The translations under genes and the position numbers were made by a program. DNA of 64,000 nt, from contig NC_043005.1 of assembly GCF_006345805.1 (NCBI RefSeq), positions 38,812,001 through 38,876,000 on the forward strand, in the 5' to 3' direction. Shown in pieces: positions 1 to 13,811 of the stretch; positions within the stretch are counted from its first letter, which is position 1; each line of letters begins with the position of its first letter. Origin of the DNA: Octopus sinensis. Its lineage: Eukaryota. The notes below the pieces were generated by a model that saw only the letters and a list, made by a program, of their open reading frames with translations, had not been told where the DNA came from and made no database searches.

Positions 1-50
1 ACTAGGATGGCCGCAGTCAAATGACTGAAAGAAGTAAAAGAATAAAAGAA
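1..50 (+). mobile_element. 3' tail of tRNA-derived SINE (family A)
   Basis: gatggccgcagtcaaatgactgaaagaagtaaaagaataaaag matches the tails at 2460-2505, 38925-38970 and 43235-43285 (reverse). Confidence 0.75.
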
Positions 51-78
51 TATATATATATATTTATATATATGTATA

Positions 79-145
<67 letters not shown>

Positions 146-245
146 GATAGATAGATAGATAGTTATATATATATATATACATATGTATTTATATTTCTAT
201 ATGCACATATATATATTTCTATTTCTATATGTATATGTATATATG

Positions 246-276
<31 letters not shown>

Positions 277-300
277 ATGTGTGTGTGTGTGTGTGTATTT
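51..300. repeat. Compound (TA)n/(GATA)n/(TG)n microsatellite
   Basis: Direct reading. Confidence 0.95.
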
Positions 301-329
301 ATAGAAAAGGAAATAAGTAAGAAGTAAGT

Positions 330-2120
330 AAATATGTAAGTCAAGGGGTTAATGAAGTATGGCCGTTTCAGGCGGCTCCTTTTAATCGAACAATGCAAGC
401 ATTACATCAATTTGAAATTCACCGCCATCTGCGGATGCAAAATTATAGGTTTTCAACAGACAGGATACTCCATTATAATTTTAAACAAACATTTCATCAG
501 AACCAGGTAATGAAAGACTTCCATGCTGATACTGTTGTAGCAGAATAAACTGCAAGAGAAATAAATACCCGAACTACAATTTTGGAGTGGCAGAAGAGGA
601 TTACAGTGGTGGTCAAGAGATGGTAATATAGCTAAAACCTTTATCTATCCCCTTATGACAATCAAAAGATCTAATGCAGCTAGAATACTGCGTCTACTAA
701 GAATTAAAACCACTAGGATTTGACGGTTAATTTTATCTGCTGATCATCGATCAAAAATTATCAGATATTAATTCTCTCATTCTCTATGGCTATAAATTCC
801 CTTGACCATATAACGAAACAAATCTCAGAAGTCATTAAGATAGTGATAAATGCCCAGGAAGAGGTAGGATAGGGGTGACAAAAACTCTTTTATTATTATC
901 AGTTAAAGGGACCTACAATAGAAAACAGAGAACGCTACAATGAGATCTAAATAGCCATTAAGGGTGCTGAGGGAATAAAATATATAATCAAAGTATAGCA
1001 AAATGTATATCTTATTATAAATTGTATAATAAAAGAAAAAAAAATTATAAAGGGATATAAGAACCAGGTAAGATAAGAAGGATATATAGACAAATTTAAG
1101 CACTAAAATATAAGATTAGTTTTATATACAATAGAAGCTTCATAATATTTCATCCTAGCAGACCTTTGATATGGTCACGATAAAACCATTCATACAATGA
1201 ATCCAAATTACATTCAGAATTCTTCTGGGAAAGAGGTACACACTTTCTATTGATTGAAAACAAGGGAGCATAGGCAAAAAAAATAGATAAATGGTTCTAT
1301 AAGAGATAAAGTTATCTAAAAGTATGATTATATAAAAAGTTTCAACATTATGAAGTCTTAAGAAGATATAACACTATATGGGACGATGTGAATGTGTTCT
1401 CTATCAAAGAAGTGTTAAAGGATCAGACGAAGACAAGTACCAGCGTCGAGGAAGAGGAGGCGCATACAAACTGGGAAATGGTAAGAAAAAGAGCAGGAAG
1501 AGAAGAAAACGACACACGTGATAAAGGGTGACCCCCAGCCCACATCCACTCTACCCCAAACACTCCCTACAGACACCTACACAGGAGTCTCGAATTTACT
1601 TCCCCCATCCTGTGATGTAAAGTATGTGATAATGTACAACGGACAAAACGAAGAACTTTACAATGAGATAGAGTCATGGGATGGAGTGATAAAATGGATG
1701 TAACAGGAGTAAAGGGTCTGCTCGAGTACATTCACTATGCGTTGGCAGACCCAGAGTATCTGTTAAGATTAAAGGATTATGTTGAAAACTTTGACTGCGA
1801 GTGGTGGGTCAAGAAAACAGATACTAGCACAATGTCTGAACGGGTAAAATACTTTGATATTTTAAAGAAGTAAAATATAGACAATCTGCGGAAAAGTGGA
1901 GATTAGCTGTTGCAAATGGTGTTGTAAAGAGTTTTGTTAACTAGTGTTCTAAAGAAAGAAGTTGTATTAACAGGTTCAATGAAGTTGCGTGGAGGTGGAG
2001 CCGAACGGCTTCATTTCATTTTTCATTTTATATAATTCATCTTTCCTATTCGTTTTTTTGTTTTTGTCCCCGCCTTGTGCTGTCCCCTCTATGTACAGCC
2101 TTCATGACCAATTTCATAAA
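330..2120 (+). mobile_element. Highly decayed L1/Tx1-clade LINE, 3' half of ORF2 plus 3' UTR
   Basis: Manual translation across stops/frameshifts gives colinear L1-like motifs: GVNEVWPFQAAPFNRTMQAL (~GVRQGCPLSPLLFNxxMEAL), FSTDRILHY (~FADDILLY), RLILSADHRSKIIR (~LSLxGRIxLIK), FFWERG, KFQHYEVLRRY (~FFQYLQLR), CKVC, MDVTGVKGLLEYI (~WxCxxVKxLWE); T-rich tail with AATAAA near 2120. Confidence 0.5.
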
Positions 2121-2123
2121 ATA

Positions 2124-2505
2124 AAGAAGCTTGCTTTTCCAACCACATGATTCCGGCTTCACTCACAATGCGTGGAATCTTGGGCAAGTGTCTTTTACTC
2201 TAGCCTCCAGTCAACCAAAACCTTGTGAGTGGATTTGGTAGAGTGAAACTGAAAGTAGCCCGTCGTATATATATATATATATATATGTGTGCGTCTGTGT
2301 GTGTATGTGTGTGTCTGTGTTTGTCCTACCACCATCGCTTGAAAACCGATGCTGGTGTGTTTACGTCCCCGTAACAACGGTTCGGCAAAAAGATCGATAG
2401 AAGAAGTACTAGGCTTACAAAGAATTAGCCGAGTTGTTCGACTAAAGGCGATGCTCCAGCATGGCCGCAGTCAAATGACTGTAACAAGTAAAAGAATAAA
2501 TAAAA
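2124..2505 (+). mobile_element. tRNA-derived SINE family A, slightly 5'-truncated, internal (TA)n(TG)n
   Basis: cttgggcaagtgtc CORE-like box, gtgagtggatttggtag, tail aagtactaggcttacaaag...ccagcatggccgcagtcaaatgact; homologous to 6788-7140. Confidence 0.85.
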
Positions 2506-2929
2506 GAGTATATTCACATTTAAGCAAAAATAACGTTTGTATAATTGGTGCATTCATACACATTTACTTATGTATATAGTAACGTAGGTTTTTACAGATA
2601 TCCATCAAAAGGGACTAAAAGGATTGCATGCCAGTATATATATTAAACAGGTGTAGAAAATGACGGAAAGCGAGAGTTTTTCCAATTACTAACCCGGATG
2701 ATACAGACACGATGCAAATGTTTGCTCTTCATGATTTCTCTTTGATATTATAATTTATGAAAGTCATGAAAGAACTGTTGTGTTCAAATCTTTGTTCGTA
2801 CACACAGAAACACGCGCACATACAACCACAAACACACATATCCATGTGTATAAGAGTAAGAAAGGGAAACGGGGTATTTGTGTGTGCGTGTATATATGAG
2901 TATGCATATATATATTTGTGTTTCTGCAT

Positions 2930-3300
<371 letters not shown>

Positions 3301-3660
3301 GGCGTGCGCATGCGTGTCTGTGCAAACGTATTTTCTATACGCATGTATGTATATATGTTTTTATATGTGTTTACAGTCGCGTGCTATTAAAGTTTTGTTA
3401 ATGGAGAATCCCAATTAGTGTAACAACCCCAACTATATACTGTGCGGTCTGATCAACTCAATTAAGCTCTTGTTACTGGAAGAACGTATTGTCTCTTCTT
3501 ATTTGATATTTTATAAAACGGTATAAATAAAGTCATAATAAATACTTGATACACACATGTGTATACGTATATTATATATTTATAGGCAAACTCATGCATA
3601 AATATACACATATATACAAATATACACACACACAAACACACATATATATATATTAATTAT

Positions 3661-3761
<101 letters not shown>

Positions 3762-3859
3762 ATGTATGTATGCATGGGTTTGTGTACACACATGTTTCGA
3801 TTCACTGTAAATTCTTGTTAAATCGTTTCATTAATATGAGACTGACTTATATGTATGTG

Positions 3860-4130
<271 letters not shown>

Positions 4131-5019
4131 CACAAGAAGCAGCAAACCGTTCGTCATCGTAATATTTAATACACATAGCGCTAACAAGATTATGTCTACT
4201 CTTGCATTCTCCTAGTTTCCGTGATAGTTGATTGGTAATATAACATCTCAAATAAACAAGAAATATTTCTATAAATCACACCAGTTTAAATTAGCCATCT
4301 CTAAATTCAACCGCTATTTAATTGGATATAAACTTATAGAATGGTGGTAGACATTATATATAACACACTTGCTCATTAATTTGTGGTGCAGAATCTGATG
4401 ACATAGCTGTAACTTTAAACAATCACTTTAACATTAGTCAGGAAATTTAACTCCGGTTTAACTTCCACATATTTTAAGACACCGGTTAAACAACTGGTTT
4501 AAAAAAAATTTCAGCTGCTCAACTCCCCATCTATGAAATATATCAATACTTCTTTTTATATTTTGTGTCTTTTATTTCTTTTTTTCTGAATTGTGTTCTT
4601 AATTGGATAAAATTTTCCAAACATTGTATACAAAGAAGAAAGAGACAAAAAATAGAAAAACCAGTTGACAAGTATTGAAATGATCAGTCTTCAACACTTC
4701 ATCACAATTTTTGTCATTATTGGTTTTTGTTAAATTCACTCGCATCGTAACTGAGGTCAAATATTGCTGAAAGACGAAATCAGCTTGTAAAACCGTTTCA
4801 ACGGCAGCTTATCATTTATTTTTCAGTGGTTGACTCAATATTAAGTAAACATTGAGGAATGTAACATTTTTTTTTTATTACAGAAAAAATAGCCGTATGA
4901 ACAACTTCAACATACCGTTTAACAAAGGTGTAGTTAAGAAGTTACTGGACCTTCAAACAACAGCAGTTAAATGTTCTTTATATTACGTCCCGCACCCTTC
5001 AAAGAAGATAGAAGGCTAT

Positions 5020-5460
5020 CAGAAAATGAGCGTTCGTCATAGCTAAGGAATAGTAAAGGCACTCACTTTGCAGTCAGGTGGTTTCGCGTTCGGTCTTTCT
5101 GCGTGGTAATATGGGTAAGTCTCATCTAACATAACCCTCTCCTCTGGGAGAAGACAGCAAGTCAAAACGAAAAAACTGCGATAGTTGCAAAATACTGAAA
5201 AATTATCTTAATTTTGTTTCTTCTGAGTCGGAGGTTACTGTATAATGAAAAAGGAATTCAAATACCGATTCTATGATAGAATACAGTAAGTCGAATTACT
5301 AGATTTTGTCAAAGAACGGCAGTATTGTAGCGGATTGACCAATGCCTTGTGGAGTGAATTTGCTAGAAGGAAACTGCGGAAGTCCATCGAGTGTGTATAT
5401 ATGTGTCTGTGTGTGTGCGCGCGCGCGTGCGTGCAGGTGTTTGTAAACACACTGGTGCTG
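5020..5460 (+). mobile_element. Divergent SINE related to family A
   Basis: tRNA-like head remnant and ccaatgccttgtggagtgaatttgctagaaggaaactgcggaagtccatcg followed by (TG)n, as in family A. Confidence 0.5.
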
Positions 5461-5949
5461 AGATTTTTTTATGCACCCTTAGTACGGTAAAAGAACTCGA
5501 TAGAATTTGTACAAGACTTTAGAAAATAAAACAAAAGGATAGGGTGTCGAAATGTTTGAATAAATCCGTCTAAAGTTTGCCTCGCAACAAGTAAAACACC
5601 AGGTAAAAAAAATACTACGTTCATAATCTTCAAAAGGATTAGAAGACTGATGAAATAAGGATTCGTCATGGTTAGGGGATATATAACTATAAATCTGCTG
5701 ACATCAGAACTACCTTAAATGTCTAATGAAGAAAGGGAAAAAATTAAATATACTCTATAGACAATAGGTGAATGAAAGGGAAAACAAACATTAGTAAAAC
5801 AAATTCACTTCACTACTAATGAGCGTTTTTGTTTGGAACTTATCCTATTGGTCACTTTTGACGAACCACTAGATTACAAGGACATAAACCAATGCTGGGT
5901 GCGAGGCGGAGGTGGAGAACAAAGACAGAAACAAAGAAAGAACGAAACA

Positions 5950-5974
5950 GACACACACACACCTATATATGTAT

Positions 5975-6045
<71 letters not shown>

Positions 6046-6124
6046 AATATAGACAGACAGGCAGACAGGCAGACAGGCAGGCATGCAGACAGACAGGCAG
6101 ACGGACAGGTAGATAGATCGATCA

Positions 6125-6205
<81 letters not shown>

Positions 6206-6222
6206 CAGACACACACACACAC
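5950..6222. repeat. Compound (CA)n-(TA)n-(GA)n-(GACA)n-(GATA)n microsatellite
   Basis: Direct reading. Confidence 0.95.
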
Positions 6223-6244
6223 AGATGTATAATATATGTATACG

Positions 6245-6390
6245 GCGGATTTATATACAGTTTCTACCTGCCAAATTCACTCACCAGCCATAAATCGATT
6301 GAGAGCTATAGTAGAAGTCACCTACACAAGATGCCAAGCAGTGAAACTGAACTCAAAGCGAGCTTTTTAACATCGCACTCATACCTGTGT
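6245..6390 (-). mobile_element. SINE family A 5' half, reverse
   Basis: cagtttctacctgccaaattcactcac...gctatagtagaagtcac is the reverse complement of the family A body. Confidence 0.65.
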
Positions 6391-6787
6391 CTATTTAATT
6401 TGCTGCTTTACAATGGTAGGTCTTATTGCTCTACAGGATTGATATTGGTTTATTATATCGAAACTAATAAACGGAAACAAGGCAGCCAGTTGTACTGAAA
6501 GCAATATGGAAGCACTACAAATGATTTTATCCGTAATTCGAAAACGAATCATAAAGTTAATTCCAGAAGTATTTCGACACATATATACTAACACGAGGTG
6601 ACTAATGGAGGTATTTAGTTCAACTCAATAAAAATATTTACTTCAATATAATAAATATTTTTAGTTCGATGCTTTAAATCCCCCGCGCTGTATTATTATA
6701 TAAGCATATTTGATTGCTTCACATATATGCACAGGTATTCATTTATTTACATATATATACCTTATTTAGATATTTTTGAACATAGAC

Positions 6788-7140
6788 GCAGGTGTGGCTA
6801 TGTGGTAAGAGGCTTGCTTCCGAACAACATGGTTCCGTGTTCAGCCCCACTGTGTGGCAGCTTCTACTATAGCTTCGGGTTGACCAAAGGCTTGTGAATG
6901 GATTTGGTAGACCGAAGCTGGAAAAAGGCCGTCGTATATATGTTTATATATATATTTGTGTGTTTGGCCCCCACCATCACTTGCGTTTATGTACCAGTAT
7001 CTCAGGGGTTCGGCAAAAGCAACCGATAGAACAAGTACTAGGCTTACAAAGAATACATCCTGGGGTCGATTTCTTCCACTAACACCCTATAAGGCGGTGC
7101 TCCAGCATGGGCGCAGACAAATGATTGAAAAAAAATAAGG
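6788..7140 (+). mobile_element. tRNA-derived SINE family A, near full length
   Basis: A-box-like ggtgtggctatgtggtaag, B-box-like ggttccgtgttcagccc, body and tail homologous to 2124-2505. Confidence 0.85.
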
Positions 7141-7202
7141 AAATAAAATAATAATATACAGTTTGTAAAAGAACCTGGTAATGATTTTGCATATTCTCTC
7201 TA

Positions 7203-8474
7203 TCAGATCATCACAACAGTTCTGTCAGAATTTTGAATAAAGAAAACATATAATCAAATGTTATATTAAATTGAAATGTAATTATCAATGTACTTTCCCT
7301 GATTATCTATGACTTCCTTCCATATATTTACAAGTTTTTTAATCCCATCAATGCAAAACACTTTTTGATTTCACAGCGAAGAACTCTGAAATGTCAGTTT
7401 CGATCTCCTCCTGGCTTGAGAAAGTTATGTCACCCAAATGAATCTCTAAACTACGAAACAAATAGTAGTCTGAAGGAACAAAGTCGGGAGAATAAGGTGG
7501 ATGAGTAATATTTTCTCAAACAAGCTCTTCGATCTTCTGTAATGTGATCTTTGCAGTGTGTGGTCGCGCATTGTCCTCGTGACACATCACTCCTTTTCGA
7601 TTCACTAAAACGGGTCTTTTTTCTTCAAAGCTTGTTTCAAACTCTATAATTGCTGACAGTAGACCTGAGCATTGATTGTTGCATTAGGTGGTAACAATTC
7701 AATGTGAATTACTCCTTTGTAATCCCACCAGATAGAGTGAAGAACCTTTTTTCCATGAAGTTCTCTTCTCGGTTGTGGTTGAGCTTATTCCCTTTTACCA
7801 AACCACTGTTTACGTTTAACATTTCGATAGAAGATCAATTTTTTGTCACCAGTCACAAGTCTATCCCTAAAGGGTGAAATGAATTCGCGAGAATGGAGAG
7901 AAGAGCAGATGTCAAATCGGGATTCGCGGTTGCGTTCGGACAATTCATGAGGCACCCATTTTCCAAGTTTAGAAACCTTTCCAAGTTGTTGAAGATGACG
8001 ATGAACAGTTATATGGTTTGAACTAAGCTTTATTGCCAATTCTTCAACTGATAATGCAGGATTTTCTTCAAGTAATGCCTCAAGGAGCTTATCATCAAAC
8101 TCAACTGGACGTCCTGTTCGATCTTCATCTTCAAGGCTGAAATCTCCACTTCTGAATTTTGCAAACCATCTTCTGCAAGTCCTTTCATTCAAGCATTCTT
8201 TCCCATAAACTGAGTGTATGTTTCGCCTCGCTTCGACTTCATAGTTTCCTTTTTTTGTACTCATAAAGCATGATGTGCCTTAAATGCTCTTTTGGATACT
8301 TCCATGTTAGAAAGAAATTTTAATTCTATTATTCTGTAAAATAATATTTAATTAATTTAAATGCACACAAATGCATAAAATAATTTTAAATTCCATTAGA
8401 CATTCTAAAACACTATTAAATTTCATTCAGTTTTAAAAAAGGTAAAATCGGACAGAACATATGGGATGACCTGA
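7203..8474 (-). mobile_element. Full-length mariner transposon (~1,272 bp) with disrupted transposase
   Basis: TA at 7201-7202 and 8475-8476; imperfect TIRs tcagatcatcacaacagttctgtcagaatttt / tcaggtcatcccatatgttctgtccgatttt; transposase from ATG ~8305 with HTH, WVPHEL, LVTGD and HPPYSPDFVPSDYYLF motifs; frameshifts and stops. Confidence 0.95.
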
Positions 8475-9731
8475 TATATATATTAATAATCAGAAAGAAA
8501 ATATTGATTGTGAAAACAAATGTTAGGGTTATGGCGGTGTGTAAGATGAACCTTAGAAGATATTGCCAAAGCTTAGCTTGTAAAAATTAATATATGGTAT
8601 TGCTTTGTTTCTTCCGCGACTATACCATTCCTGAATGAGTGTGTTTGGGAGACATCTGTACGCTTCAGCTAATAAATTTGTTTGCTGGTTCCTCTAAACA
8701 AGGGTCAATGATCTTGTCAATTCCATCGGTATAGTGCAATAGCTATGAGTGAGGAGATAGACAATGGAGTCGAAAAAATAGCTTGTTTTGGGAACATACA
8801 TCATGTAAAGGAAAAATGGGTTCTCTCATGACGAAATGCAAGAGAGGTCAGATATTCTAGTTCAAAACTGTGACCAGTGTATTAAGAATGATTAGATATT
8901 TACGTCTGTGTTTGGATTCTCCCTATTCAGCATTCATCCTATGAATTATTAACTATTTGGCAGATATTACCATGCAGCAGCATATAATTTGGTTATTGAT
9001 TTCTGTAAATAAAAGCTTTTGACCTTGTCAGATTCATCGATCCGGTAGGGTAGCATTGTCTGAGGACACCTATAACCTGGTCGAAGCATCGTATTGTCTC
9101 AAAGTTCCCTGACACCGATGAACCAGTTAATCACGGGAATCATGAACACACATCTCTGATGAGGAAAAGCTGTTGTGATACACCAAAACGTATAAAGAAT
9201 GCAGAGACGTTAAAGTTTTCGATTCTTGCGGTCCTGCATGGGCGTAACTGTTAGCAGTATATATGGTATTGCACTAAAAAATATTGAGGGACCTTACGTT
9301 CATAAAAAAAAAGGTAATTTAAATTTTGTGCATGTGCGTCGTAGTGCTAGTAGAATATTAAAGTTAAACGGGAATTCTATGAAAGCCCTCACGGCAACTA
9401 AAGGTATTGACGTAAACACAGTCACTCAGAATATTAAAGGTTAATTGGACAGCAAAATATTGTAAACATGTGTATTAATAAGGTGTCGACTTTACTGAAC
9501 TTTCTCACTGCCTATCGCAAGAAAGAAATAGAAAGATATTGTGATAGAATACAGAATTAATTGGGAAGTAGTGATGTAAAATGCAACTTACATGAAAGCG
9601 AATGATAGGCTTCATTCCAAGCAGACTTAAATTCAAATATTATTTTCCTTAATTATCAACTGCATCACATAGACACCACATACAAATACACATATGTATG
9701 CATGCACATCTATGCACATCGTGTATATGTA

Positions 9732-9824
<93 letters not shown>

Positions 9825-9852
9825 ATAAGGGTGAAAAGGAACACACGAGTTG

Positions 9853-10249
9853 ATATATATGAAAAAACAAGTCAAGATAGAAAATGCTAAATTAATTTTA
9901 TAAAGAACATTTCAGTACCGGTTTGGGTCATTTTGAGACCTTTTCAACTGTAACGATTAAATAATTAAATTTAGAAAAATTAAAAGAAAAGTTTTTTTAA
10001 AGGAATATTTGTACACAACGACCTCGAACACACAAGTGCAAACAAGGGAGACAGAGAAAGGCAGAATGCCACTTATATTTGAACACTATACAAATATTCC
10101 TTTAAAAAAACTTTTCTTTTAATTTTTCTAAATTTAATTATTTAATCGTTACAGTTGAAAAGGTCTCAAAATGACCCAAACCGGTACTGAAATGTTCTTT
10201 ATAAAATTATTTTAGCATTTTCTATCTTGACTTGTTTTTTCATATATAT
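9853..10249. repeat. 161-bp near-perfect inverted repeat (9853-10013 / 10089-10249), PLE-pLTR-like, with a degenerate hammerhead in each arm
   Basis: Arms are reverse complements with one mismatch seen; 75-nt spacer; cag-TTGAAAA-ggtc(tcaaaat)gacc-CAAAC-CG-GTA-ctg at 10152-10189. Confidence 0.85.
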
Positions 10250-10447
10250 ATATATATATATATATACAGATATGTATATATATGTAGACATATATACATA
10301 TATATATATAAATATACATATATATGCACATATATATGTATATACATGTATATATAAATAGATAAATATAAATATATATATATATATATATACGCATATA
10401 TATATATATGCATATATATGCATATACATATATGTATGCATATATAA

Positions 10448-10499
<52 letters not shown>

Positions 10500-10505
<6 letters not shown>

Positions 10506-10870
10506 AAAATAGAAGTTGAAAATGCACTAAGTATAATTGAAATATTTTTCATCACTATATTTAAAGCTTTAACCGGTTTCACAGTTTACACTGATTTTCA
10601 AAAGGACCAAATAGAAAGAGGTGGCTCATGTCGCAGCTGTCTTGCTTCTGACTGGTGTTTGAAGCTTCTCCTGCTTGTATAGAGAGTTCATCGCTCAACC
10701 TAGTATGTTTTGAATAGGATTTGAATATATATTTAAAACCTATATTAGTTTGAGCCATGAACACCTTATGAAAATATGGCAAGCTTCAAACACTAGTTAG
10801 AAGCAACCCGTCTTAATGAGAGTCACCCCGCAATCTTTGGTTGCTGGTGTTGATTTCTTTTGAACGTGAG
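10500..10870 (-). mobile_element. Probable Penelope-like element 3' end with degenerate hammerhead (10571-10605)
   Basis: Minus strand TTGAAAA-t-cagt(gtaa)actg-t-GAAAC-CG-GTT; upstream TRLSDELSIQAGEASNT weakly resembles the PLE C-terminal RLxxExxFIxxxxPxLN. Confidence 0.4.
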
Positions 10871-10999
10871 TTAAACTGTTACACACTGTTATTATATATT
10901 GTTGTAGGTGTCCCCGCACAGGTGATCCAGGATCAGTGAAATTTTTAAATTGTTGAATTTCTGTCGTTGTGTATGCCTGTTCTTTAAAATTGTTCCTTC

Positions 11000-11610
11000 C
11001 TCATTATGGGTGAAGTGAGAAAAGAAGGGAAAACGGAACGTATCGCAAGTTATGCATCCGCAACTACAAAAGGTATTACGACCAACACCCTTGAAGTTCG
11101 TAAGATAAAAGTAGACACAATAGACTGGAAAAAAGGGTACACATTGTTACAAAAGGAAGGGGGCCAGCTTAAAACTGATCCCCACCAGAAGAAGTGACGA
11201 AGAGTGTAGCAAGGAAGACGGTAGTGTACAGGACACTATCTGCTTCTAACAAAAAGATAGAGATTGCCCCGATAGAGGCAGTTGAGGAATGTCTAGGTAA
11301 CGTGAAAAGACTAACCACCTTTTATATACGTGGGAGGAAATACGGCACAGTGGAGGTTAGGTTCTCCATCGAGGAGGACGCTAATAACCACTCCGCTGAG
11401 CCAATAAGAACACAACAGTGCCGATGTACTGTGACAAACGTGTTGCTAGAGTGAGAGTCGGCAGAGTGCCCCCCCCCACCACCGAGATCGAACAGGCATG
11501 GCTGCAGTCATGCACGGAATGGAGGAAGATTCTCTGCTCAACTTTCTCTGTCATGGTCAATGGGAAAATCACACGCTACACACCTTCCCTCCAAGCACTG
11601 TTGTAAACAG
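11000..11610 (+). mobile_element. Fragment of LINE ORF1 (gag/RRM-like), frameshifted
   Basis: Overlapping ORFs ...YGTVEVRFSIEEDA..., RVARVRVGRVPPPTTEIEQAWL read as one frameshifted ORF1-like protein; no ORF2 follows. Confidence 0.45.
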
Positions 11611-12479
11611 CTGAAGTAAGCTAGAATGTTAAAACTTAGTGCGCATGTACACCAGATTTCAACGTCAGTCTGTGTGTAGGGCTTCACTCTGCGTACTTTA
11701 GCACCGTTACTATAGAAACAGGCCGGGTACTTATTGATCAGACCACGTATATCCTCACCGTTTAAAGAATAGTTTTTCTTCCAAACCCTAAGAGACGAGA
11801 CATTACGTCAAAGTCTTCCCTTAATCATAAGTTTCGTACTATAAATCATATTAAATTTTTTCAGCAACAAATGTTTTTATTTTTTACTGAAGATAACTCA
11901 CACATTAATGTGAGTGTGTGTGTGTGTGTATGTGTGTGTGTGTGTGTGTTTATTTGTCTATTTCAGTAGACAAACACAAAAACAGATGTAAATAAAAAGC
12001 GACAGAGTGACAGGGAGAAAGACAGAAAATGTGCCTACATTCGGATTAAATACAGAAATACTTAATGAAATATATAGACTATGAATTACCATTCTATTTC
12101 GTTTACTAATCGAAAAAAATATAAAATGTCGCAAAAATATTAATGGTTTTCATCGTCTATTTCTTTTTCTTTAATTTAGAAAAGTTAATTCTGTTTTGTC
12201 AAGACAGTGAAGACATCTACCAAGAAAGCTCAGTGTGTGTTGTGTGTGTGTGTGTGTGTGTGTAAACTACTCACACACGAACCCACACATATATATATAT
12301 ATGTTTATTGTTTTCTGACGCATTATTTTGAAGCCTACCCTATGTTATGAATTGATACACAGCAAAAACGGACGTTTTTTTTTTTTATTTGACAGCGCCG
12401 CTGCTGCTGTTTCTGCCAGAAGAGAGGCTAAATACTCCATTCTGCCGCTGCTATTGATCATTTCAAGTACAGAATATAA

Positions 12480-12568
<89 letters not shown>

Positions 12569-12651
12569 TACATACATATATATACATATATACATATATA
12601 TATACATATAAATATACATACATACATACATACATTCATACACACATATAT

Positions 12652-12698
<47 letters not shown>

Positions 12699-13502
12699 AT
12701 GTATATGTATATATCATCCTCACTTCTCTTTCTTAGTAAATTCTCTTTTTTTTTCCTCATCTCTCGCCCAGAAAGCAATTGTAGGTGGCAGTACCGACTT
12801 TCGCCAGTGAAATTCCTACACACACACACACACACACACACCACACACACACACTCACATACACACACACACACACACACGCATACACACACACACACAC
12901 ACAATAAATTAGTTTACAAGAATTTAGGATTGATCTTGGAAACCTGTAGAAAATCGTCGCTGCTACGATTAAGAAGAATATTCTAAAATCTTTTGCCCGT
13001 GAAGTGTTGCATACCAATTAGAAGCCGGTGCGGGTGTCGCCGCGGCGGTTGGGGAGGTGTTCCTCCGGGGTCTAAGATTTAATCTGTAATTTCGAACAGG
13101 CTTCCATTGAGGAAAACGGAATTTCAATCCAATGAACAGAATAGTTACAGCTATGTGTCCAACAGGAAGTGCATTACATTACATTAGTTTGGGAAAAATC
13201 AAGCACTTCTCCCCCATATTCTTTCTCTCTATTCCTTTCTCTCTCTCACTCACACACATACATAAACACCCGCACAGATGCATAGAGTCGCAGAGAAGCG
13301 CTCACTTATATAATAATGCGCGCGCGCGCACCCCCCCACACACACACACAACTGCTCTTTCAAATGTGCACTTAATTGCATGCTATCATGCATTACTTCT
13401 CAGCTTTCTTAAAGTCGTATTCCCTGTTTCCTCCGCAAATATCTCTCGCACTTTTACACTCATAATCTCTAATATAGTATACATATAAGTATACATACAT
13501 AC

Positions 13503-13594
<92 letters not shown>

Positions 13595-13734
13595 CAGATA
13601 GCTAGATAGATACATATACATATATATATGTGTGTGTATGTGTGTGTGTTTGTATGCATAAATATCTATAACCATGTATATATATAGTTATAAATGTATA
13701 TATACATAACTGTATTTATATACATGTGTTTATA

Positions 13735-13811
<77 letters not shown>

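Noticed and set aside
330-2000. Parvovirus/Polinton-like endogenous viral element hypothesis
   Set aside because: No SF3 helicase, capsid or pPolB motif; L1 RT-like motifs fit better.
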